From assembly GCA_963678065.2 (NCBI GenBank), contig CAXXVZ010000003.1, positions 1,600,001 through 1,664,000 on the forward strand: a DNA stretch of 64,000 nucleotides, read 5' to 3'. The notes under the pieces are model-generated. The model ran no database searches. It saw only the letters and a program-made list of their open reading frames with translations, and had not been told where the DNA came from. Each line of letters starts with the position of its first letter. Within the stretch, counting starts at the first letter, position 1. The translations under genes and the position numbers were made by a program. Positions 9,611-18,689 of the stretch are shown here, piece after piece. The DNA is from Treponemataceae bacterium (GTDB lineage Bacteria; Spirochaetota; Spirochaetia; Treponematales; Rectinemataceae).

Positions 9611-10705
9611 CTATCGGTTGATGCGGCCCGAGGTTTTCCCTCCCATGAGCGCGAGCACCTCGGCGCGTGTCGAAAAATTGAAATCGCCCTGGATCGAGTG
9701 GCAGAGGCAGGATGCCGCTGTCGCGAATGCGACGACGTCGGCATCGGATTCGCGCAGCGTCGGATCCATGAGGGCGTAGACCAGGCCTGCCGAAAAGGAA
9801 TCGCCGCCGCCGATGCGATCCACTATCGATTTTATCGGGTAGGGATGGTACTCACCATCCGCAAGAGGGGCGAAGACCGCGGTCCTGGAGCCTGAGTCGT
9901 AGAGCATGCCCCCCCAATCGTTGTGAGTCGCCGAAAGGCTCTCGCGCAGCGTTATCGCAATTTTCCGGATGGCGGGGAATTGTTCGGAAATTTTTCCGGC
10001 CACCTCGGGATACCGTCGCACATCGATGGTTCCCGCGTCGGCGTCCAGAATTCCGGACTCTATGCCCAAAATGTCGTGGGCATCCTCTTCGTTGGCGATA
10101 AGTATGTCGACATAGGGCAATATTGCTCGCATCACCCTGGCGGCGAGTTTCCGGGCGCTCGTCCCTTCTTCCCAATTCCAGAGTTTTTTGCGGAAATTAA
10201 GGTCGCAGGATACGGTCAAGCCGAGTTCCTTGGCCTTCATGACTGCGGCAAGACTCGCTTCGGCGGCGGAGCGGGACAGGGCCGGCGTGATGCCGCTTAC
10301 ATGGAACCATGAGGCGCCGCTGAATATCGTTTCCCAGTTGTAGCCAGAACTCTCCTGGATCGAGATCGAGGAGTATTCCCTGTCGTAGATGACGTTGCTC
10401 GGCCTCTGGTTCGCTCCGGCCTCGACATAATAGATCCCGAGCCGGCCTTCCCTCGTTCTTATGACCTGCGAGGTGTCCACCCCGAGATTCTTGAGGCTGC
10501 CGAGGCAGGCATCGGCGATCTGGTGTTCCGGCAAGGCGCTCACGAAAGACGCGTTTCCGCCCAGGAGGGCGATGGAAGCCGCCACATTCGCCTCGGCTCC
10601 CGCGAACGTTATCTCCATCTCGCCGGGCAATGCCTGGCGAAAACGAAGGAAGTCTTTCGTTTTCATCCGGGCCATGATTTCTCCGAAGGCTATGACCCTC
10701 TCCAT
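9611..10705 (-). CDS. kdgK: 2-keto-3-deoxy-sugar-acid kinase (PfkB family, KdgK-type)
   Basis: FGEIM, GAEANVA, DLNFRKKLW, DRIGGGDSFSAG motifs. Confidence 0.85.
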   Translation of the reverse strand: MERVIAFGEIMARMKTKDFLRFRQALPGEMEITFAGAEANVAASIALLGGNASFVSALPEHQIADACLGSLKNLGVDTSQVIRTREGRLGIYYVEAGANQRPSNVIYDREYSSISIQESSGYNWETIFSGASWFHVSGITPALSRSAAEASLAAVMKAKELGLTVSCDLNFRKKLWNWEEGTSARKLAARVMRAILPYVDILIANEEDAHDILGIESGILDADAGTIDVRRYPEVAGKISEQFPAIRKIAITLRESLSATHNDWGGMLYDSGSRTAVFAPLADGEYHPYPIKSIVDRIGGGDSFSAGLVYALMDPTLRESDADVVAFATAASCLCHSIQGDFNFSTRAEVLALMGGKTSGRINR

Positions 10706-10708
10706 GTG

Positions 10709-11362
10709 TTATCCTCTTGCCTGCGCGGCGATCGAGATGGCTTGTTCGCTGTTTCTGCTTATCGTGTCCCAATCCTTTGCGCGGATGAGCTCTCGTGTGG
10801 CGATCCATGACCCCCCTACCGCAATCACTTCAGGACACTCGAGATATGCCCGCAGGTTCTTCGTGCCGATTCCGCCGAGCGGAATGTAGGAGATTCCCAA
10901 ATGCGCGTAGGGCGCGTTGGCGCTCCTCAGGTACGCAAGGCCTCCCGAAGGCTCGGCGGGAAAAAACTTCATGATGCGGCAGCCTTTCATGTACGCGGCC
11001 TCTATGTCCGACGGAGTCGCGATGCCGGGTGCGAAGGGCAGTCCGAGCTCCTTCGCCGCGTCCACGACGCAAGGATTCATCCCCGGGGCGACGCCGAATG
11101 CGGCGCCTCCTTCTTTTGTCATTTTCACCTGGTCCGGCGTCAGGATCGTTCCGACCCCCGCGTACATCCTTGGCACATCCTTTGTTATTCGGTGAAGGGC
11201 GTCGAAGGCCGCAGGTGTCCGCAGCGTGAGTTCCATCGCCTGCACGCCGCCGCGCAACAACGCATGCGCCAAGGGAATGGCGTCTTCGGCGTCATCGATC
11301 ATCAGAACGGCGATGACCGCCGATGCCTTCAGCCGATCGCAGAATATGTCGGAATCAGTCAT
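10709..11362 (-). CDS. eda: KDPG/KHG aldolase
   Basis: ELTLRT, GVGTIL, PGIATPSD, KFFPAE, PLGGI, VGGSW. Confidence 0.92.
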   Translation of the reverse strand: MTDSDIFCDRLKASAVIAVLMIDDAEDAIPLAHALLRGGVQAMELTLRTPAAFDALHRITKDVPRMYAGVGTILTPDQVKMTKEGGAAFGVAPGMNPCVVDAAKELGLPFAPGIATPSDIEAAYMKGCRIMKFFPAEPSGGLAYLRSANAPYAHLGISYIPLGGIGTKNLRAYLECPEVIAVGGSWIATRELIRAKDWDTISRNSEQAISIAAQARG

Positions 11363-11391
11363 GTTCGAATCCTTAGCAAATATCTATATTA

Positions 11392-11442
11392 CGGAACACC
11401 GTTCCGATATTTATCATATTTATGAATATTTGATCCTGTCAA
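11392..11442 (-). promoter_or_regulatory. eda operon promoter with KdgR/IclR-like operator at the start site
   Basis: TTGACA (11442-11437)-18-TATGAT (11418-11413), followed by palindrome CGGAAC-N3-GTTCCG (11392-11406). Confidence 0.7.
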
Positions 11443-11495
11443 TAGAAAAAAAACATATTTTTCAGAACAACTTTATCAAAATATTCAGAGAAACA

Positions 11496-11525
11496 TTGAA
11501 CAGAATGGAAAATTGCTGGTATACT
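11496..11525 (+). promoter_or_regulatory. Promoter of IclR regulator
   Basis: TTGAAC-18-TATACT with TG extended -10. Confidence 0.5.
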
Positions 11526-11554
11526 GTGCCGGACTCAGGTAGAAAGGCGGCCAG

Positions 11555-12334
11555 ATGGCTCAAAATGGTGATACGGTTCAGACCGTTTTAAACGCATTGG
11601 AAATACTTGAATATCTCTCTACGACGAAAGAATGTGGCGTCAGCGACCTGGCGAGAACCCTCGGTTGCCAAAAGAGTACCATCTTCCGGCTTGTGAACAC
11701 GCTGAAGGAAGCTGGCTATATCGCACAGGACGAAGTCAATGAAAAGTATTCACTGACGCTCAAGCTGTTCAAGATTGGTTCGAATGTCGTGAATAACCTC
11801 GACCTGAACAAGGCGGCTTTGCCTGTCATCACGCGCCTGGCACAGATGACTTCAGAGACGGTCCACCTCTGTATTCTCGACAATGATCAGATTGTTTACC
11901 TGCACAAGATCGAATCGACGTATTCGCTGAAAGTCACCATGATGTCGAAGATCGGGCAGGGGACTCCATTTTATTGCACCGGCGTCGGGAAGGTACTCCT
12001 GGCATGGCAGGATACGGAGCGCATTCAACGTTACCTGCGGGGGGCAACCCTGCAAAAGTTCACCGAAAACACCATAACTGACCCGATGGCTCTCGCTTCG
12101 GAGTTGCAGAAAATCCGGATCTCCGGATTTGCGTACGACAACGAAGAGCATGAAATAGGAGTGCGCTGCGCAGCAGCGCCTATCTTCAATCAGCAAGGTA
12201 CTGTCATCGCGGCGCTGAGCGTCTCCGGACCGAATGTCCGATTGAAGGACAAGCAGATGGAGCTGATACGCGAGATGGTGAAGGACAGCGCCTTCGAGAT
12301 ATCCGTGAGGATGGGATACACCAAGGCTCTCTGA
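11555..12334 (+). CDS. IclR-family transcriptional regulator (KdgR-like)
   Basis: N-terminal HTH (GVSDLARTLGCQKSTIFRLV), CTGVGKVLLA, DNEEHEIGVRCAAAPIF; divergent from eda-kdgK. Confidence 0.93.
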   Translation: MAQNGDTVQTVLNALEILEYLSTTKECGVSDLARTLGCQKSTIFRLVNTLKEAGYIAQDEVNEKYSLTLKLFKIGSNVVNNLDLNKAALPVITRLAQMTSETVHLCILDNDQIVYLHKIESTYSLKVTMMSKIGQGTPFYCTGVGKVLLAWQDTERIQRYLRGATLQKFTENTITDPMALASELQKIRISGFAYDNEEHEIGVRCAAAPIFNQQGTVIAALSVSGPNVRLKDKQMELIREMVKDSAFEISVRMGYTKAL

Positions 12335-12470
12335 GAGCGGAAACAGAAAGTCTGAGGGCAGTTCCGTCTGCCGCATCGCGCCGGCATTCTCGATCCATAG
12401 AGGCAATACCTCCAGCCGCATGAGCGCAGGTTCAGTCTCTCGTCTCATCCTTCCCACGCTCGCTCTTTCG

Positions 12471-12507
12471 TTGCACATTTTTACAAAATATGTTATTCTG
12501 TAAAAAT
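12471..12507 (+). promoter_or_regulatory. Acyl-CoA ligase promoter overlapped by palindromic operator
   Basis: TTGCAC-17-TATTCT (TG extended); inverted repeat ATTTTTACAAAATA-TGT-TATTCTGTAAAAAT (13/14). Confidence 0.65.
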
Positions 12508-12529
12508 AACCGGACAGCGAGGAGTCGAC

Positions 12530-14458
12530 ATGGCCAACACCATCCCCCAGATGTTCCTTGAAACGGTGCGCGAAAAACCCGGCGTATCGGTGCAGCACTC
12601 GAAAAACGCCTCGGGGGTCTTCGTCCCGGCGAGCTACGCGGATTTGCTGGAGCGGACCTCAACCTTCGCCGCAGGCCTCCTCGCGCTGGGCGTCAAACGG
12701 GGCGACAAGGTCGGCCTCATCTCCGACAACCGCGCCGAATGGCTCGTCGCCGATCTCGCCATCCTGGGCCTCGGGGGAGCGGACGTGCCCCGCGGCTGCG
12801 ACGCCATGCCGCAGGAAATCCGCTACATCCTGAATTGGAGCGGCTGCGGCCTCGCCATCCTGGAAAACGACAAGCAACTGCGCAAAGTTGTTGACAATAT
12901 GGCCGGCATTCCCTCGCTGGCAAAGGTCATCATGTTCGACCCCGCGGCGGATGAGACAGCCCGCGCCGCCCGCGCGGCGGGACTCGAGCTCTTCGACTTT
13001 CAGACTGTGTTCGAGAAAGGAAAGGCGCGGAGGGTGGAAAAACCCTCGGAATACATCGACGAGGTCGCCAAAGGCGGACGCTCCGATCTCGCCACGCTCA
13101 TCTACACCTCGGGCACGACAGGAGATCCCAAGGGCGTCATGCTGAGCCATGGCAACTTCCTCCATCAGACCGATTACCTGCCCGGCGTCATCGGCGTCGG
13201 AACGGGCGATATTTTCCTCTCCGTCCTTCCCGTCTGGCACTCTTTCGAACGCGTCGTCCAGTACATCATCCTGAAGGCGGGGGCCGGCATCGCCTACTCC
13301 AAACCCATAGGCTCCATCATGCTCGCCGACATGGCCGCGATCAGACCCCAGTGGTTCACTTCCGTCCCGCGTATCTGGGAATCCATAAAAGACGGCGTCT
13401 ACCGCAGCATGAAGCAGGGCAGCAAGGTCAAACAGATCCTCTTCCGCTTCTTCATCGGCGTCGGCGAGAGCTACGCCTACTTCCGCAATCACCTCACGCG
13501 CTGCATGCCCGAGTTCGTCCCCCGATCGCGCGTCCTCGAAATCGCGAGTTCGATCATTCCATTCATCCTCCTCACCCCTCTCTGGCATCTCGGCGATCTC
13601 CTTGTCTACAAAAAAATCAAGGCCAAGCTCGGCGGCAAATTCATCGCGGGGGTTTCCGGCGGCGGCGCCCTGCCGGGCAATGTCGACAGGTTCTTCGGGG
13701 CTCTCGGCGTCCTCATCCTGGAAGGCTACGGCCTCACGGAGACGGCCCCGGTGCTCGGCCTCAGACTCAAGAGCCACCCCGTCGTCAGCACGGTCGGCCC
13801 CATCCACCGAGGCACGGAGATAAAGATCGTGGGGGAAAAAGGCGAGCTTCTCGGCCCGGGACAGAAGGGCGTCATCCATGTCCGCGGCCCCCAGGTCATG
13901 GCGGGGTATTACCGCAAGCCCGAAATGACCGCAAAAGTGCTCTCGCCAGATGGCTGGCTCGACACAGGCGATCTCGGCATGCTCACTTACAGAGGCGAGA
14001 TCAAGATCACGGGACGCGCCAAGGACACCATCGTCCTGCGCGGCGGCGAGAACATCGAACCCGTCCCCATCGAACAGAAACTCTGCGAGAGTGTCTATAT
14101 GCAGCAGGCTGTCGTTCTCGGGCAGGACGAGAAATACCTCGCCGCCCTCATCGTGCCGAGCCAGGAGAACATCCTCGCCTGGGCCAAGGACAACACTATC
14201 CCCGTAGACGACTACGAGACCCTCCTCAAGCAGCCGGAGATCAAGGAGCTGATAGACGCCGAAATCAACGAGTATGTCAGCGCGAAACAGGGCTTCAAGA
14301 GTTTCGAGCGCATATTCAAATTCGCCCTCCTTCCCGTTCCCTTCGAGCCCGGCAAGGAACTCTCGGCCAAGCAAGAGATCAAGCGCCACGCCGTGAACGA
14401 AATTTACAAAAGGCAGATCCACATGCTTTTCAAGGCGGAGAGAGAACTGCGCCTCTAG
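12530..14458 (+). CDS. Long-chain fatty acid-CoA ligase (AMP-dependent synthetase)
   Basis: YTSGTTGDPKG, EGYGLTE, WLDTGDLG, GRAKD motifs. Confidence 0.92.
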   Translation: MANTIPQMFLETVREKPGVSVQHSKNASGVFVPASYADLLERTSTFAAGLLALGVKRGDKVGLISDNRAEWLVADLAILGLGGADVPRGCDAMPQEIRYILNWSGCGLAILENDKQLRKVVDNMAGIPSLAKVIMFDPAADETARAARAAGLELFDFQTVFEKGKARRVEKPSEYIDEVAKGGRSDLATLIYTSGTTGDPKGVMLSHGNFLHQTDYLPGVIGVGTGDIFLSVLPVWHSFERVVQYIILKAGAGIAYSKPIGSIMLADMAAIRPQWFTSVPRIWESIKDGVYRSMKQGSKVKQILFRFFIGVGESYAYFRNHLTRCMPEFVPRSRVLEIASSIIPFILLTPLWHLGDLLVYKKIKAKLGGKFIAGVSGGGALPGNVDRFFGALGVLILEGYGLTETAPVLGLRLKSHPVVSTVGPIHRGTEIKIVGEKGELLGPGQKGVIHVRGPQVMAGYYRKPEMTAKVLSPDGWLDTGDLGMLTYRGEIKITGRAKDTIVLRGGENIEPVPIEQKLCESVYMQQAVVLGQDEKYLAALIVPSQENILAWAKDNTIPVDDYETLLKQPEIKELIDAEINEYVSAKQGFKSFERIFKFALLPVPFEPGKELSAKQEIKRHAVNEIYKRQIHMLFKAERELRL

Positions 14459-14472
14459 GTCCCAAAAATGCG

Positions 14473-14505
14473 AAAGCCGCCCCGATCTGCCGGGGCGGCT
14501 TTTTT
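14473..14505 (+). terminator. Rho-independent terminator (possibly bidirectional)
   Basis: AAAGCCGCCCCG-ATCTGC-CGGGGCGGCTTT-TTT. Confidence 0.88.
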
Positions 14506-14566
14506 GTCTTTCTGATGTGGCCTGGAACCGGGGCAGCGCCAGGGTTCGACGAGCCGAAGAGAAGAA

Positions 14567-15430
14567 TCAGCGGTTTATTTCGATATCACCCGAGACACTC
14601 TTCGCGTGCAGGCGCCGCCCGCCCTTTCCGCAGTGCAGGGCGCAGCGGCGCGGACCGGCGTTGGTGGAGATGGCGCAGCCCGGAGCGTTGATGGTTCCGG
14701 CGAGGGTCTCGCAGCGGAGTTCGATTTCGGCTTCGGAGAGCGTCAGGCTTATGTCTCCCTCTCCGGTGTTTACCTCGCCGCCGGCGAAGGCGCCGGAAAT
14801 GTCCAGCTCGACATCTCCCGTCTTGGAGAAGAGGCGAAGGCGCCCTGAAGGTTGCTGGACGCCGATGTCTCCGGAATCGCTGATGATGACGACGTTGCCG
14901 CCGGCCCTGTCGATCGAGACATCCCCCGACTGGGTCTCGATGGAGATGGTGCCGCGCACGGACTCGCAGCGTATCTCGCCGTCGAGGCTGCGGAGGGTCG
15001 CGGATTCGACGCGCTCCACATGGAGGAGCCCGGAGACAGACGAGGCCTCGACATCCAAAGAGCCGTCGATGTGGACATCCCCCGAGTCGGTCGTGGCGAG
15101 AAGGTCGAGTCTGCAGTCCCGCACATCGATCGCGCCATCGGAGGTGTGGATCTCGAGGTCGTGGAAGCCTTGGGGCACTCCGATCCGGATCTCGGCGATC
15201 ATGACCTTGTCCAGACCCTCATCGGCCAGAACGAGGAGTCCCTCCCGGCGGCGCACAACGGGTTTCCAGAACGCGAGATCGGCGGCCGAGCCGCGCGTAT
15301 CCACCTCGATCCTGAGATTGGGGCCGGGAATGGATGAAACCAGTATCTCGCTGGAAGGAAAGCGGAGAACCAGCCGTTCCGCGCCTCCCGGATCGAGCAC
15401 GTCCTGGTAGTAACCTGGCTCGATGTCCAT
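14567..15430 (-). CDS. DUF4097-type beta-strand repeat protein
   Basis: Repeated T/S-x-S/D-G-D-V/I units (TSDGAI, TDSGDV, TQSGDV, SVSGDI); GAGGTG RBS. Confidence 0.8.
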   Translation of the reverse strand: MDIEPGYYQDVLDPGGAERLVLRFPSSEILVSSIPGPNLRIEVDTRGSAADLAFWKPVVRRREGLLVLADEGLDKVMIAEIRIGVPQGFHDLEIHTSDGAIDVRDCRLDLLATTDSGDVHIDGSLDVEASSVSGLLHVERVESATLRSLDGEIRCESVRGTISIETQSGDVSIDRAGGNVVIISDSGDIGVQQPSGRLRLFSKTGDVELDISGAFAGGEVNTGEGDISLTLSEAEIELRCETLAGTINAPGCAISTNAGPRRCALHCGKGGRRLHAKSVSGDIEINR

Positions 15431-15485
15431 CACCTCACTCCGCATGAACTCCCCCCGGATACCTTGTAATTATTTTTCATGTTTC

Positions 15486-15606
15486 ATTATATCAAACAAG
15501 CCCGATCTTGACGAGTCCCATAATGTTCCATTGTGGCCTTGAGTCCGCGCGGCTTGTGGTCTTGACGGAGTCGCAATCGCACATTATACTAAACTTGTTT
15601 ATGATA
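15486..15606. promoter_or_regulatory. Divergent promoters
   Basis: Plus: TTGACG(15562)-17-TATACT(15585), overlapped by imperfect palindrome 15585-15606; minus: TG-N-TATAAT (15491-15486). Confidence 0.6.
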
Positions 15607-15627
15607 TAAATCGATTTGGAGGACATC

Positions 15628-16308
15628 ATGACCGATACCGAACTCGACGAATTATCGAAAAGCGTCGAATCCCTGCGAAGGGCGATACGGAAAAACAACC
15701 CCTTTTTGCGGAGCGTCGCCTCATCGAAACTTTACGCCGCGCTGTGCTTCCCCTTCGGGATAATCGTGATCGGCTTCTGCGTCATCGCGCACGATGCTTC
15801 CATCCGTTATGGATCCTTTGACGCGGCCCCCGCGTTCTTGAGGACGACCGCCTGGATACTCCTCGCTGTCTTCCTCATCGCCGGAGCCTGGGTCAAGGTC
15901 ATCTTCACCAACCGCGCCGCGAAATGCATCGATTCAAAATCCGGCTTCATGTCCGTAGTCAAGGCCATGTTCGGAGGAAAGGTATCGGGGCTCGTCATCG
16001 CTTCGCTCATCTCCATTGCGGGGACTGTCGCCTTCGCGGTCGCGGTCGGCAAACCCTGGTATATCGTTCCGGCGGGCTCCATACTGCTCTCGTTCGCCTA
16101 CCTCGGGCTCGATCTCGTCATCGACCTCGCGGAATACCGGATCTCGGGCTGGTACTCGCTCGTCGCAGGATTCGTCTCCCTCTTTTTCATCGAAACCGCG
16201 CCCTTTCTCTGCACGGCAGCCGTCTACGGCGGGATGCTCCTGGTCTTCGGAATCGCGGGGCTCGTCAGGCCCGGGGTCGCGAAACCGAAGGAGCGCGCAA
16301 AACAATGA
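15628..16308 (+). CDS. Hypothetical multi-pass membrane protein
   Basis: GGAGG RBS; about six hydrophobic segments; ATGA coupling to the regulator. Confidence 0.8.
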   Translation: MTDTELDELSKSVESLRRAIRKNNPFLRSVASSKLYAALCFPFGIIVIGFCVIAHDASIRYGSFDAAPAFLRTTAWILLAVFLIAGAWVKVIFTNRAAKCIDSKSGFMSVVKAMFGGKVSGLVIASLISIAGTVAFAVAVGKPWYIVPAGSILLSFAYLGLDLVIDLAEYRISGWYSLVAGFVSLFFIETAPFLCTAAVYGGMLLVFGIAGLVRPGVAKPKERAKQ

Positions 16309-16631
16309 AGGCTAAACCCGCGCCGGCCGAACTCAACCTCGACCGGGTCATCCACGAGAGGGCGAGGCTCATGATCCTCACCCACCTCGCCTCCTCGGAG
16401 GAGAACGAAGTCGGCTTCACCGAGTTGCGCGACAGTCTCGGCTTCACGCCGGGCAATCTCTCCGTCCAGCTGAGGACGCTGGAAGAGGCCGGATACATCG
16501 CGACCGCAAAACGCTTCGTCGACCGCAAACCCTTCACGGGAGTCTCCCTGACGGTGGCGGGCGTGGAAGCTCTCGAAACATATCTGGGCGAACTCGAGTC
16601 GCTCATTGCGACGCTCAGGAAAAAAACCTGA
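16305..16631 (+). CDS. Winged-helix transcriptional regulator (MarR/ArsR-like)
   Basis: LDRVIHERARLMIL...FTELRDSLGFTPGNLSVQLRTLEEAGYI. Confidence 0.88.
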   Translation: MKAKPAPAELNLDRVIHERARLMILTHLASSEENEVGFTELRDSLGFTPGNLSVQLRTLEEAGYIATAKRFVDRKPFTGVSLTVAGVEALETYLGELESLIATLRKKT

Positions 16632-16692
16632 GCCGGCGCGCGTCGGCTTGAGGGCGGGATTCGGTCCGCACAGGCCAGACTTGGGAGGTAAC

Positions 16693-17379
16693 ATGGCTAT
16701 CCTGCATCTGGAAAAAATCGGGAAGATCTACCAGAAGGGCGAAAACAGAGTCGTCGCCCTCGGAAGCATCGATCTCGATGTCGAAAAAGGGGAACTCCTC
16801 GCGGTCGTCGGCCCCTCGGGATCGGGCAAGACGACCCTCCTCAACATCATCGGCTGCCTCGACCTCCCGAGCTCGGGGAAGATGGTCTACGCGGGCAAGG
16901 AGCTCAAGGCCATGGGTGAGAAGGAGCTCTCGACCTACCGTAAGGAGCACGTGTCCTTCATCTTTCAGTCCTACAACCTCATACCCGTCCTCACCGTCCT
17001 CGAGAACGTGGAGCTCCCCCTCGTGATCGAGAAGAAGCTCGCGCCCGCCGAGATGCGGAAGAAGGCCATGGAGATGCTCGCGGCCGTGGCCCTTTCGGGC
17101 AAGGAAAACCGTTTTCCGCGCGAGCTTTCCGGCGGGCAGGAGCAGCGCGTGGCCATCGCGCGCGCCCTCGTGAAAGACCCCGTCGTCGTCCTCGCGGACG
17201 AGCCGACGGCCAATCTGGACTCGAAGACGGCGGCCGATATCGTCGACCTCATGAAGGAGATCAACGCCCGGCTCGGGACGACCTTCGTCTTCTCGACCCA
17301 CGACAGGCTTGTCATGGAGCACGCGCGCAGGATCGTCGAGCTGCGCGACGGAGCCATCGTCCGCGACGAAAGGAGGTAG
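16693..17379 (+). CDS. ABC transporter ATP-binding protein (LolD/MacB-like)
   Basis: GPSGSGKT, LSGGQEQR, ADEPTANLD, STHD; GGGAGG RBS. Confidence 0.94.
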   Translation: MAILHLEKIGKIYQKGENRVVALGSIDLDVEKGELLAVVGPSGSGKTTLLNIIGCLDLPSSGKMVYAGKELKAMGEKELSTYRKEHVSFIFQSYNLIPVLTVLENVELPLVIEKKLAPAEMRKKAMEMLAAVALSGKENRFPRELSGGQEQRVAIARALVKDPVVVLADEPTANLDSKTAADIVDLMKEINARLGTTFVFSTHDRLVMEHARRIVELRDGAIVRDERR

Positions 17380-17382
17380 GCG

Positions 17383-18660
17383 ATGAAGAACACCCTCTTT
17401 GTCATCGCTGCGCGCAACGTCCTCAGGAACAAGCGCAGGACCCTCGTCACGGCCATCGTCCTCACTGCGGGCATCGCGTCCTTCATCGCCTTCGATTCCC
17501 TTCTCGCCGGCATGGACAGGATGACGATCGACTCGATGATGGACCTGACCACCTCGGGGCTCGTGATCCGCAGCCCCGAGTACGAGGAGAACAGCGCGGG
17601 CACTCCCCTCGCCTACGGCATCGAAGACCCGGCGCCCACGGTCGCCTTCCTCTCTGACAAGGTGCCCGGCATCACTGCGGCGACCGCGCGCACGAAGTTC
17701 CTCGCGACGGTCTCCAATTACGCCGACGAGATGCCCGTCGTGGCCGTGGCCCTGGATCCCGAGACCGACGGGCGCGTGTTCACGCTCCCGGAGCATCTCG
17801 AGGCCGGAAACTGGTTCGCAGGCCCCGAGGCCAAATCCGTGGTCATGGGCGGGGCCCTCGCGCGCGAACTCGGGCTCAAGCTCGGGGACTATGTCCTCGT
17901 ATCGGCCCGGACCGTGGACGACAACGTCAACGCCGACGAGTATCTCATCGCCGGTCTTCTCGATTCGGCTGCTCCGGAGATCGGCCGCGGCGGGCTCTTC
18001 ATGAGTTTCGGAGCCGCCAGGGAGTTGCTGGGCCAAAGTCTCCCCATCACCGAAATCGCCGCCTCCGTCTCGCGCGCAGGCAACCTCGACCGCGTCCTCG
18101 CTGGAGCGGAGAAAACGGCGACCGCCGGCGCCGCTGCCCTGAAAGCTGCAAGGCGCCCTCCCCTCGCCTTCACGCCTATAGGTGCGCTGGCTGGCGACTA
18201 CCTCGCGATGAGAAACATGAAAGCCAAGTACTCCTTCATGATCATCCTCGTCGTCCTCGCGATCGCGGCGGTCGGCATCGTGAACACTGTCCTCATGAGC
18301 GTCTACGCGAGGATCCGCGAGATCGGCGTGCTGCTCGCCTACGGTATGAGGCAGAAGGATATAAAGCGGCTCTTCGCCCTCGAGGGACTCATCGTCGGCA
18401 TCGTGGGCTCGGCGGGCGGGCTCGCCGTGGGGGCCCTCATCGTCTGGTACCTTGTGACCGCGGGCATGAACCTCGACACGATGATGGGCAAGATCGACAT
18501 GGGGAGCATTCCCCTGGGCGGAGTCCTGCGAGGCGAGTGGAAGCCGGCATCGATGCTCGTGGGCTTCGTCTTCGGGGTCGTCTGCTCCTGGCTCGCGGCC
18601 CTCATCCCCGCGCGCAAGGCTTCGCGCATGCAGGCCGTGGATGCTCTCCATTTCGTATGA
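17383..18660 (+). CDS. ABC transporter permease (LolE/FtsX-like)
   Basis: RNVLRNKRRT, large periplasmic loop, RIREIGVLLAYGM, PARKASRM. Confidence 0.9.
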   Translation: MKNTLFVIAARNVLRNKRRTLVTAIVLTAGIASFIAFDSLLAGMDRMTIDSMMDLTTSGLVIRSPEYEENSAGTPLAYGIEDPAPTVAFLSDKVPGITAATARTKFLATVSNYADEMPVVAVALDPETDGRVFTLPEHLEAGNWFAGPEAKSVVMGGALARELGLKLGDYVLVSARTVDDNVNADEYLIAGLLDSAAPEIGRGGLFMSFGAARELLGQSLPITEIAASVSRAGNLDRVLAGAEKTATAGAAALKAARRPPLAFTPIGALAGDYLAMRNMKAKYSFMIILVVLAIAAVGIVNTVLMSVYARIREIGVLLAYGMRQKDIKRLFALEGLIVGIVGSAGGLAVGALIVWYLVTAGMNLDTMMGKIDMGSIPLGGVLRGEWKPASMLVGFVFGVVCSWLAALIPARKASRMQAVDALHFV

Positions 18661-18689
18661 AACGCCGCTATATATAAGGAAGGACAACC

